From the NCBI GenBank assembly GCA_965208615.1, contig CBDBPB010000004.1, positions 224,001 through 288,000 of the forward strand: DNA of 64,000 nucleotides, given 5' to 3'. Under the pieces are notes generated by a model that saw only the letters and a list, made by a program, of their open reading frames with translations, did not search any database and was not told the DNA's origin. The DNA comes from Spirochaetota bacterium (GTDB lineage: Bacteria; Spirochaetota; UBA6919; CBDBPB01). Both the position numbers and the translations under genes were made by a program. This document shows, in pieces, positions 49,929-58,623 of the stretch (its first letter is position 1; every line of letters starts with the position of its first letter).

Positions 49929-50522
49929 ATAATAAATACTGCATTTTGGTAATAGTTTTTTTAAGTTACTAATACCAAAATAAGTTGCTCTAGTGTTTTG
50001 AATATTTATTTCTTCCAGGTTATAAAGCTCTTGTAGATGGGTTAATCCATTATCTGTTATAGCAGTTCCCTCTAAAAATAATATTCTTAGACCTTTTAGC
50101 GGTTTTATATGGGCTAATCCATCATCAGTGGCCTTAGACCTACCTAAAAATAGTACCTCGAGACTAGAAAGACCTATAAGATAAGATAAACCCCTATTAC
50201 CAATTTGAGTATTCCTTAAAAACAGCATCCTAAGGTCTTTGTTATTACTAATATTTTTAAGCCCCTCATCAGTTATCATTGTACCACTAAGATCTAAAAG
50301 CTCTATACCATTAATACCGTTTAAATGTATTAATCCATTATCACTAATGAAGGTATCCACAAGATAAATCTCTTTAATAGTATTAATTGCCCTTATATAA
50401 ACTAAATCTTCATTTTTAACCTTAGTATTACGTAAGTCAATTTGCTTAATTTGTTCCAAATCCTCTAAGCTATAACTTATTCCAAGACCAGTTAACCAGT
50501 TCTTGACTGCATTTAAGTCCAA
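49926..50522 (-). CDS. Leucine-rich repeat protein
   Basis: 24-aa repeats L..L.L..T.ITD.GL..L; C-terminal LKKLLPKCSI. Confidence 0.88.
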   Translation of the reverse strand: MDLNAVKNWLTGLGISYSLEDLEQIKQIDLRNTKVKNEDLVYIRAINTIKEIYLVDTFISDNGLIHLNGINGIELLDLSGTMITDEGLKNISNNKDLRMLFLRNTQIGNRGLSYLIGLSSLEVLFLGRSKATDDGLAHIKPLKGLRILFLEGTAITDNGLTHLQELYNLEEINIQNTRATYFGISNLKKLLPKCSIYY

Positions 50523-50817
50523 TACAAAAACCCTCTTAAGCCAGATTTTTGTTAACTATATACTGTTTACTCAAAAAGTAATACTAACGTTTATTTTATA
50601 TAACCCCTATTAAAAATATATACTCTTATATATAAATGTGTAAAGCTATAAGTTTATTTAAAATAACTAAAGTACTTTTATTTAACTGATATTATGTTAA
50701 TAGTTTTGAGTTACTTATTTAGTTATAAATATCTCAAAGGGATAGGAAAAAAGCAAGAAAAATTAAATACAAATATATTTAATAAATTTCTCTTAAGACT
50801 TTTACTAAGTAGTCAAA

Positions 50818-51792
50818 CTATTCTTTTAACCACTTAGCAACTTGTTTAGCAAAGTAACTTAGTATAATATTCGCTCCTGCACGCTTTATAGCAGTCATAT
50901 TCTCTATAACCATACTTTTTTCGTCAATATAACCAAGTTTAGAGGCGGCTTTTATCATGGAGTATTCACCACTAACGTTGTATGCCGCAATAGGACAATT
51001 AAAGTTTTCTTTAATATCTCTAATAATATCCAAATATGCAAGGGCAGGCTTTATCATAAGCATATCAGCACCCTCTAATATATCCTCTTTTGCCTCTCTA
51101 AGCGCCTCTAACCTATTAGCAGGATCCATCTGATAACTTTTTCTATCGCCAAACATAGGGCTTGATTCTGCCGCATCCCTAAATGGACCATAATAAGCAG
51201 AGGCATACTTAATAGCATAGGATAAAATTGGTATATGTTGAAAATTATAGTTATCCAAAGCAGTTCTTATACTATTTACCATTCCATCCATCATCCCAGA
51301 GGGAGCTATAATATCAGCACCAGCCTCACAGTGGCTTATAGCCTGCTTATCCAATAAATTAATTGTACTATCATTATCCACAATACCATTTTTAATAGTA
51401 CCACAATGTCCATGATCAGTGTATTCACAAAAGCATAGGTCGGTAACCAGCAAAAGATCAGAACCAAACTCCTTTTTCAATTGTCTTAGAGTTCTTTGAA
51501 TAATACCGTTATCAGAACAGGCAATACTACCATCACTATTTTTAGAGTCTGGTATACCAAATAATATTATAGACTTAATCCCTAATCCAAGACAGTCATA
51601 GCAGTCCCTAATAATATTATCAATGGATTGCTGATATACCCCAGGCATAGACTGAACCTCTCTTTTTATACCATCACCACTAACCACAAATAAAGGATAT
51701 ATAAAATCCTCTATTCTAATATGTGTTTCTTTAGTAAGATCCCTAATAATAGGGTTTAAGCGAAGTCTCCTTAATCTGGTATTAGGGAACAT
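50818..51792 (-). CDS. hemB: Porphobilinogen synthase (likely start at MFPNTRLRRLR)
   Basis: RLRRLR, DLCFCEYTDHGHCG, APSGMMDG, YGPFRDA, MIKPAL, AYNVSGEY. Confidence 0.96.
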   Translation of the reverse strand: MFPNTRLRRLRLNPIIRDLTKETHIRIEDFIYPLFVVSGDGIKREVQSMPGVYQQSIDNIIRDCYDCLGLGIKSIILFGIPDSKNSDGSIACSDNGIIQRTLRQLKKEFGSDLLLVTDLCFCEYTDHGHCGTIKNGIVDNDSTINLLDKQAISHCEAGADIIAPSGMMDGMVNSIRTALDNYNFQHIPILSYAIKYASAYYGPFRDAAESSPMFGDRKSYQMDPANRLEALREAKEDILEGADMLMIKPALAYLDIIRDIKENFNCPIAAYNVSGEYSMIKAASKLGYIDEKSMVIENMTAIKRAGANIILSYFAKQVAKWLKE

Positions 51793-51925
51793 AATAACTC
51801 CTTTAAAATTGTTATTTATTGTCCTATTAAACATAAGAAAAAGCATTCAATTTAACTCTTTTAAAAAAGAGTTGTTAATAATCTATTTATTTCGTTATAA
51901 AAAAGAAATATAACGTTAAAACAGC

Positions 51926-52492
51926 TTAGCTAAAGTCAAAAAATAGCTCTAAAAACTGCTTCAGTATTAAAGCAGTGGCACCCCAAATAATATGTTGTTT
52001 GTAATAAAAAAAATGTACAAGATTATGGGAGTCAGGAATATCTAAAATACTTTTTTTTTCATATTTCGATTTCTTCGTTAAATAAGATATCGGGATGATT
52101 ATTAACTCTTCTATTTCTGTTTTGTTTATCCTAAAGTAATACGGATAAGGTATAATAGCAATAAATGGAGTAATAATAAAATGAGTTTTTATAGTTAGAA
52201 TATCATCCAGAATACCAATAAGCTTTATATCTTTTTTCTCAACACCAATTTCTTCATAACACTCCCTTAATACACAGTCAAAAAGACTATTATCTTTTTT
52301 ATCCATTGTTCCGCCAGGAAAAGATATCTCACCCTTGTGATATTTAACCATATTACTGCGTTTAGTAAAAAGTATATTAGCCTGGTTATCTTTATATAAT
52401 ATAGGTAGTAAGACAGCTGATGGGATTAGTCCATCTATATTGTGAATCTTACGAACTCTTTCCGACAATACCTTTTTCATTTTATTAATCAT
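51926..52492 (-). CDS. Nudix hydrolase, CoA pyrophosphatase family
   Basis: SAVL, TKRS, HKGEISFPGG, LRECYEEIG, IWGATA. Confidence 0.9.
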   Translation of the reverse strand: MINKMKKVLSERVRKIHNIDGLIPSAVLLPILYKDNQANILFTKRSNMVKYHKGEISFPGGTMDKKDNSLFDCVLRECYEEIGVEKKDIKLIGILDDILTIKTHFIITPFIAIIPYPYYFRINKTEIEELIIIPISYLTKKSKYEKKSILDIPDSHNLVHFFYYKQHIIWGATALILKQFLELFFDFS

Positions 52493-52537
52493 TTATCGAC
52501 CTCGTCGATAAATATAGTATATTATAAAAAAATGCCC

Positions 52538-52565
52538 TTGACAAAAAAAAAAAATCAATTATATT
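52538..52565 (+). promoter_or_regulatory. Sigma70 promoter of tRNA-Lys/tRNA-Glu with poly-A spacer
   Basis: TTGACA-N16-TATATT; 12-A run at 52543-52554. Confidence 0.55.
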
Positions 52566-52578
52566 TAACTTTTATGTT

Positions 52579-52651
52579 GGGCCGCTAGCTCAGTTGGTAG
52601 AGCAACACCCTTTTAAGGTGAGGGTCGAAGGTTCGACTCCTTCGCGGCTCA
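52579..52651 (+). tRNA. tRNA-Lys (TTT), CCA not encoded
   Basis: GGGCCGC/GCGGCTC acceptor stem, D arm GCTC..GAGC, anticodon loop CTTTTAA, T arm GAAGGTTCGACTCCTTC. Confidence 0.95.
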
Positions 52652-52658
52652 TTTATAT

Positions 52659-52730
52659 GTCTCCTTCGTCTAGGGGTTAGGACACTGGGTTTTCATCCCA
52701 GCAACAGGGGTTCAAATCCCCTAGGAGATG
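52659..52730 (+). tRNA. tRNA-Glu (TTC), CCA not encoded
   Basis: GTCTCCT/AGGAGAT acceptor stem, anticodon arm CTGGG-TTTTCAT-CCCAG, T arm AGGGGTTCAAATCCCCT. Confidence 0.95.
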
Positions 52731-52831
52731 ATATAATTTATACAGCCTTCCACTATTCAATAATTATCCTTAAGATTTTTTAATTTTCATCGACAATATT
52801 CTATGTAGCTAATCTACATGGAGGTTTATAA

Positions 52832-52993
52832 ATGCTTGATCCTAATGTAGTTAAAAGGATTATGAACTCATTTCATTGTATGAAGGATCATATCAACAAT
52901 ATAGAAAAAGAATACTCTAAACTTATTGAAAAAAGAAAATCCTATTGCAAAGAAAAAGAAAGCAATAACTTTGTAAACCTACAAAGTGAATAA
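52832..52993 (+). CDS. Small 53-aa hypothetical protein (not in ORF track)
   Basis: GGAGG RBS before ATG; MLDPNVVKRIMNSFHCMKDHINNIEKEYSKLIEKRKSYCKEKESNNFVNLQSE. Confidence 0.55.
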   Translation: MLDPNVVKRIMNSFHCMKDHINNIEKEYSKLIEKRKSYCKEKESNNFVNLQSE

Positions 52994-53117
52994 CATATAA
53001 TAGTTATTTAGCTAAGAATATATACAAAAAACATTGTTAAAAGTTAATTGCATAAAACGTCTTAGTAATTTATCAAAGTGGTAAGCCTTTAGCCTTAAGA
53101 ATATTTAAGTATTTTAA

Positions 53118-54884
53118 CTATAGAATCTCAAACTGTTTACAGAATAACTCATAACTAGGATTACCTTTTAGAAATTTAACATCATCTATATTTAGCTGAC
53201 TCTGTTTTATAAACATGTGATGTATGTTTTTTTTGGAATCTGTTAACTCTATTTTTAATAGTCCTAGTGAACTAACAGCTCGACTCCGCTGTTCTTTTTC
53301 TATTCCTTTAAAGTCATTTAGAGTATATATCTTTTTATCAGGCAGTCTTGAGGAATATTCTTTAGAGTCATGAACTACAATACCATTATATTTACTTTTT
53401 TTAGTACCACGTTCTTTTCTTTTTATCAGCATCTTATAAACTTTACTTTTTGATAAAATACTTTTTACTTTATTATAATCCTCTTCTTTGGCTTTTAGCT
53501 CTAGAAAAACTTGTTTAACATCCTTAGCTTTAGACTCCAGGATATAAAAAGCTTTTGATAAAACATCAAATTGTTCTTTACCGAGTTTAGTCTTATTATA
53601 AAAATTACCATTATATAAATATATTATAGCATTTATAAGTTGCGACTTTGCTATTAGGTATGTATTATTTAGAGAATGGATTAACATAACCTCATTGGGA
53701 ATAGTATTTATAAAGTCATCCACAAATTTACGTTGTAGACCTTTAGACTTAAAAAAGTAAATAAGCTCTTCTTTAACAATAAGCTGTGGAAGATTGTGTA
53801 TAAAACCTTTTATTATATTAAAATTGTTTTTTAGTAAAGATGGATCCTCTAAGTAGTTTGTTATTATAGGATTTAAAAAGTCATTATCCAGCTCTAATAT
53901 AGAAAAGCGTTTTAAAGCAAGAAATGGATCCTTTTCTAAAGAAAGCCATATATTTAAAATTAGATTAGCTAAATTAAAGTCATCTAAAGATATTTGTTTA
54001 CCATGCTTTTTAGCCTCTAGGATAATAAAACATAAAAAGTAAACTCTTTGAGAGTTAGAATAAATTATTTCATCTTCTAGAATCTTAAATTCATATTTAT
54101 TAAAAAGAGCTGTTAAGTTCTTAGATATTTGAGGAAAACGATATTTTAGATAAGGAATTAGCTTGTTAGAGCTAAAAGCCTTCATTATATTTTCGCTGAC
54201 CTTTCCGAGTATAAGGTAATCGTTGTATCTTTCTTTATTGTTTATTTTTTCTAAAAGAGGTACTTTAGCAAGTTCACCGCTTAAAATTAGTAGGTGTATC
54301 AAGTTATTTAGCCATGGATAGTAATCTGGCATATTGGATAGGGTTTCTTTTATAGATAATATATTTGAATCCGGATAATTATAATCTTCAATTTTTTTTA
54401 TGACAAGCTCTTTAATGGTTTTTTTTGCATTATCAATTATATTGTTTTCAAGGTTTGTATCAAGCTGACGAAGATAGTACTTTTTTTTTACTTTTAGAGT
54501 ATCATCCTTTATTCTAACACAGGGTACAGTTCTTATAATATTTTCTTTTATCAAGATTTTTATATTATCGTCGATTAGCTTTTTTGTTTCTACGCTAATC
54601 TTTTTTAGTGCATCATTTTTACTATTTTCTGTTTTATACCAGCTTATAGTATTAATATACTGTTTATATTTATCATATCTATATTTTGGTGTTATTATAT
54701 TTTCATTATTATTTATAAGCTCTTCTTCTGTAAGATATAGCTTTTTCTTTATGGAATGATTAACAAAAACTGATAAGGTTGCCTTAATTAATTTTTTATC
54801 AAAAGTTGATGGATACTTAAATGCAAGAAGATGAAAATCAATTTTTGGATACTTTTTAGATATAACATATATTTCTTTTTCCAT
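53118..54884 (-). CDS. Hypothetical 588-aa cytoplasmic protein
   Basis: Long uninterrupted ORF; no motif recognised. Confidence 0.7.
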   Translation of the reverse strand: MEKEIYVISKKYPKIDFHLLAFKYPSTFDKKLIKATLSVFVNHSIKKKLYLTEEELINNNENIITPKYRYDKYKQYINTISWYKTENSKNDALKKISVETKKLIDDNIKILIKENIIRTVPCVRIKDDTLKVKKKYYLRQLDTNLENNIIDNAKKTIKELVIKKIEDYNYPDSNILSIKETLSNMPDYYPWLNNLIHLLILSGELAKVPLLEKINNKERYNDYLILGKVSENIMKAFSSNKLIPYLKYRFPQISKNLTALFNKYEFKILEDEIIYSNSQRVYFLCFIILEAKKHGKQISLDDFNLANLILNIWLSLEKDPFLALKRFSILELDNDFLNPIITNYLEDPSLLKNNFNIIKGFIHNLPQLIVKEELIYFFKSKGLQRKFVDDFINTIPNEVMLIHSLNNTYLIAKSQLINAIIYLYNGNFYNKTKLGKEQFDVLSKAFYILESKAKDVKQVFLELKAKEEDYNKVKSILSKSKVYKMLIKRKERGTKKSKYNGIVVHDSKEYSSRLPDKKIYTLNDFKGIEKEQRSRAVSSLGLLKIELTDSKKNIHHMFIKQSQLNIDDVKFLKGNPSYELFCKQFEIL

Positions 54885-54991
54885 GAGATAACTATAACCT
54901 TAAAATCGCCCAATAATAGCATATTTGTATACCTAATATGCCTAAATTAATTAACACCTAAAGCTAAAGTTTAAAATGTAGCAATTATTAG

Positions 54992-55438
54992 TTATTTTGC
55001 CTTACTATTTAAAAGTAAAGTTACAGGTCCCCAATTAATCAGTTTTATATTCATCATGGCGGCAAACTTACCTGTGGCAGGAGTAATATTATACTTACTT
55101 ACTCTTTCTATGAATTTGTTATATAATATTTTTGCTTTAGCAGGCTCCATTGCAATGGAATAAGATGGTCGTCTTCCTTTACTAATGTCTCCGTATAGCG
55201 TAAACTGAGATACGATCATAAGTTCGGCAGAAATATCCAAAAGGGATAAGTTCATAATATTTTCTTCATCGGGAAAAATACGAAGGTTTATCATTTTATC
55301 TACCAAATAGTTAATATCATTTTGATCATCGTTATTAGCTATTCCAAGTAGTACTAATATTCCTTTTCCAATGGTCGAGTAGCAATGTTCATTTATCCAA
55401 ACTTCTGCACTAATAACTCTTTGAATTACTAACCTCAT
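54992..55438 (-). CDS. dtd: D-aminoacyl-tRNA deacylase
   Basis: MRLVIQRV, NLRIF, VSQFTL, KGRRPS, N.GPVT. Confidence 0.95.
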   Translation of the reverse strand: MRLVIQRVISAEVWINEHCYSTIGKGILVLLGIANNDDQNDINYLVDKMINLRIFPDEENIMNLSLLDISAELMIVSQFTLYGDISKGRRPSYSIAMEPAKAKILYNKFIERVSKYNITPATGKFAAMMNIKLINWGPVTLLLNSKAK

Positions 55439-55637
55439 ATAACTCCTTAAAAAATTGGTTTATCACTTAATAAATATTTACTATAATTATAATATGGGCA
55501 ATATAATAATCTTTAAACTTTTTTATAAAAAATTAATTGAAATATATAACATATTATTTAACATAAAGATAGATAACTTTATTGAAGTATAAAAAAATTA
55601 GTCAACCTAACAAGTTAATATAAATAAGGAGACCCTT

Positions 55638-58250
55638 ATGTTTATTAATTATCTAATATTAAGTATATCAATCCTTCTCCCGCTAATACCAGTAGTTATA
55701 TACTGGAAAAAGATTCTTAAGTTTTCTAAAAATAAAAAGATATTAACTGGATCATTAATTGGCCTTTATATTGGAGTAATACTCGCTCAACTCCATATAA
55801 ATGGACTTTTAACAAATTGGGAATATCTATTAACCAAAAATATTACCGTTAGCTATACCAATCGTTTTGACAACCTAAAACGAAAAGAAAAAAGTAAAAA
55901 TACTAAAATTAATAATAGTAAAATCGTATACGGTATTATTAGTCAGCGGTCATTAAACACTGCACAAGCTGAGTTTAACATGGGATGGCCTTGGAGAAGA
56001 AAAACTTATGCCTTCATAATTGATTTTCTAAATCAAAGTGGAGCAAAACTATTTATATTCGATTTTATATTTTCAGAAAAGTCTGTTTATCGTACAGCTG
56101 AGTATCCTAATAACAAAGGGCTATATCCACCAGAGGATGACGATCTTTTTTTTAGTCAGGCAATAAGTTCTATTGATAATACTGTTTTAGGCTTTACCCT
56201 TGGAAAACCTGAAAATAAAACCCTAAAAGATATGGAAAAAAAGCTTTCTGAACAAAAGACTTTCATTCGCTATGCAAAAGCTTTTAAACTGCCTTATAAC
56301 AATGTGGATAAGAAATCCATAATTAAACAAATAACAGAAAAACTTTATATGAGAAAATATAAAGACGATATCAAACACTATACCGTTGACCTAGTCAAAA
56401 GCAAGCTTAATAGTCCTAGCATATCCTTAAAGAAGTATTATACAATACAGCCTCCTTATAAAAAATATATACCAAATGCTCCCTATATAGGCTCTGTAGT
56501 TGGAGTGGATGCCTCTGAAGGAGATATTGTAAAAACTCCATTAATAGTAGAATACAATAAAAAGTATTATCCTACTTTACCCTTTGCATCATATTTGGCA
56601 ATTAAGAAAACTAAAAAAGTCACTCTAGAAGATAGATACCTTATTGTGGGGAATAGTAAAATACCTTTGGATAAAAATGCTAACCTAAGACTAAAATATT
56701 ATGGATGGGCTAATAAAAAAAACTCCTCTTATGACGACTTTAACTTAATTGATATTTTAACCTTACAAAAAAAGGCCTTTTATATATATGACAAATACAT
56801 AGAGCTAATAGGCAAGGTTGACTTCCCGGTAGAAGACTTATATCAAAATAAAAAGAAATACGATAAACTTTTTAATGATTTAAAAGCTAAAATGCCTAAC
56901 AGTAAGGTATTTATAAAGAACTATAAACTAAACAAATATGAAATAAGGTTAATTAACGCTGATCTAAAAAATAAGTATGTTATGTTTGCTGGTATTGCTC
57001 CTGGACTACTTGATTTAAGGCCTACTCCTGTAAACCAACAAGAAGCAGGTGCACATATTCATGTTACGGCTTTGGATAACCTTTTGCAAGAGGACTTTTT
57101 ATATAAATGGCCTAAACTTTGGACTGCTGGACTAATCCTTATTTTATCTGTAGGAACAGGCCTTCTAACCGTTGGATACTCTATGTTAAGGTCTATTATT
57201 ATGTGGTTATTCATTACTATAATTGTTATTTTAGCTGGAATTATACTATATACTAATTTCAATTATGTTGTGGATATACTTATACCTATAGTATCTGTAT
57301 TTTTGGTATTTCTTTTTGGTTTAATACTGGGTTATATCGCTGAACAAAAAGAAAAAGGCTTTATTAAAGGAGCTTTTGGACAATATCTATCCCCTAAGGT
57401 AATAGATATTTTAATAAAAGATCCCACTAAGTTGGGTCTGGGAGGGCAAGAAAGAGAGATTACTGCATTTTTTTCCGATGTTGCTGGATTCTCCACCATA
57501 TCCGAAAAACTTACTGCTGAACAGTTAGTCTCACTGCTAAATATATATTTAACTGATATGTGTAATGTTGTAGCCAAATATCACGGAACTGTGGATAAGT
57601 TTGAGGGTGATGCTATTATTTCTTTTTGGGGTGCACCTCTTGATGAAGAAAAACATGCTAAGTTAGCCTGCTACTCTAGCATTGAAATGCAGGAATCCCT
57701 TGTGGAACTGAGAAATAGGTGGACTAAAGAAAAACAACATGAGCTTATTTGTAATATGAAAATGCGTGTGGGACTAAATACTGGTCTTGCTGTCATTGGG
57801 AATATGGGGTCAAAAACTCGTATGGACTACACTATGATGGGGGATACTGTTAATCTAGCCGCAAGATTAGAAGGGGCAAATAAGTTTTACTCAACATATA
57901 ATATGATCTCTCAGTCTACGTATAACCAGGCAAAGAATTATATTGAAGCAAGAGAACTTGATAAAATTATGGTGGTAGGAAAAAAAGAATCTGTTGTGGT
58001 ATACGAACTCATTGCAAAAAAAGGTCAGTTAAACCCAAAAACTGCCGATGCTCTTGGAATATACATAACTGCAATAGAACTATATAAAAAACAAGACTTT
58101 ACAAAAGCAATATCAAAATTTAAAGATGTCCTTAATATTATACCGGATGACGGCCCATCAAATACCTATATCGAAAGATGTAAAGAATATATAAACAATC
58201 CCCCTAAAAATGACTGGGACGGTATATATATATTAACTTCAAAAGGTTAA
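55638..58250 (+). CDS. Membrane class III adenylate cyclase with CHASE2 domain and C-terminal TPR-like region
   Basis: CHASE2 GWPWRR, FDFIFSE, DLRPTP, GAHIH; 3 TM; FFSDVAGFSTISE, VDKFEGDAI, YTMMGDTVNLAARLEG. Confidence 0.92.
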   Translation: MFINYLILSISILLPLIPVVIYWKKILKFSKNKKILTGSLIGLYIGVILAQLHINGLLTNWEYLLTKNITVSYTNRFDNLKRKEKSKNTKINNSKIVYGIISQRSLNTAQAEFNMGWPWRRKTYAFIIDFLNQSGAKLFIFDFIFSEKSVYRTAEYPNNKGLYPPEDDDLFFSQAISSIDNTVLGFTLGKPENKTLKDMEKKLSEQKTFIRYAKAFKLPYNNVDKKSIIKQITEKLYMRKYKDDIKHYTVDLVKSKLNSPSISLKKYYTIQPPYKKYIPNAPYIGSVVGVDASEGDIVKTPLIVEYNKKYYPTLPFASYLAIKKTKKVTLEDRYLIVGNSKIPLDKNANLRLKYYGWANKKNSSYDDFNLIDILTLQKKAFYIYDKYIELIGKVDFPVEDLYQNKKKYDKLFNDLKAKMPNSKVFIKNYKLNKYEIRLINADLKNKYVMFAGIAPGLLDLRPTPVNQQEAGAHIHVTALDNLLQEDFLYKWPKLWTAGLILILSVGTGLLTVGYSMLRSIIMWLFITIIVILAGIILYTNFNYVVDILIPIVSVFLVFLFGLILGYIAEQKEKGFIKGAFGQYLSPKVIDILIKDPTKLGLGGQEREITAFFSDVAGFSTISEKLTAEQLVSLLNIYLTDMCNVVAKYHGTVDKFEGDAIISFWGAPLDEEKHAKLACYSSIEMQESLVELRNRWTKEKQHELICNMKMRVGLNTGLAVIGNMGSKTRMDYTMMGDTVNLAARLEGANKFYSTYNMISQSTYNQAKNYIEARELDKIMVVGKKESVVVYELIAKKGQLNPKTADALGIYITAIELYKKQDFTKAISKFKDVLNIIPDDGPSNTYIERCKEYINNPPKNDWDGIYILTSKG

Positions 58251-58284
58251 AAATAATAGGTTTTTATTTTAAGTAGATAAAATT

Positions 58285-58355
58285 AGCGAGTGAAGGGAAT
58301 CGAACCCTCATGAACAGCTTGGAAGGCTGTCGTTCTACCATTGAACTACACTCGC
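58285..58355 (-). tRNA. tRNA-Gly (TCC), CCA not encoded
   Basis: Reverse complement GCGAGTGTAGTTCAATGGTAGAACGACAGCCTTCCAAGCTGTTCATGAGGGTTCGATTCCCTTCACTCGCT folds as a cloverleaf. Confidence 0.95.
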
Positions 58356-58623
58356 ATATTTAAAATTTAAAATTAATTAATTTAATTAAAAAGTCAATCT
58401 TTTTTAAAGAAAAGCCATTTACTTAAAAAAAATATACGTTATTACTTAAATTATATAAAATGTTATTAAATAAAGCATTTCTAAATATAATAACTTTGCT
58501 ATAACAATTTTTAGTAATTTTTGTCATTGACCATTGTATAGGTTTATGTTATTCTTTTTATTAAATTTTAAATATAATTTAGTGTGTTCTAATAAATTAT
58601 AAAACTAAAATAGAGGACGATTA

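Noticed and set aside
52579-52651. A27:A43 mismatch in the tRNA-Lys anticodon stem
   Set aside because: Mismatches at the top of the anticodon stem are tolerated in many tRNAs; the rest of the cloverleaf is normal
52742-52752. ACAGCCTTCCA matching the tRNA-Gly anticodon arm, as a possible att site of an island between tRNA-Glu and tRNA-Gly
   Set aside because: Only 11 bp, inverted relative to the tRNA-Gly gene, no integrase, and the interval holds the housekeeping gene dtd
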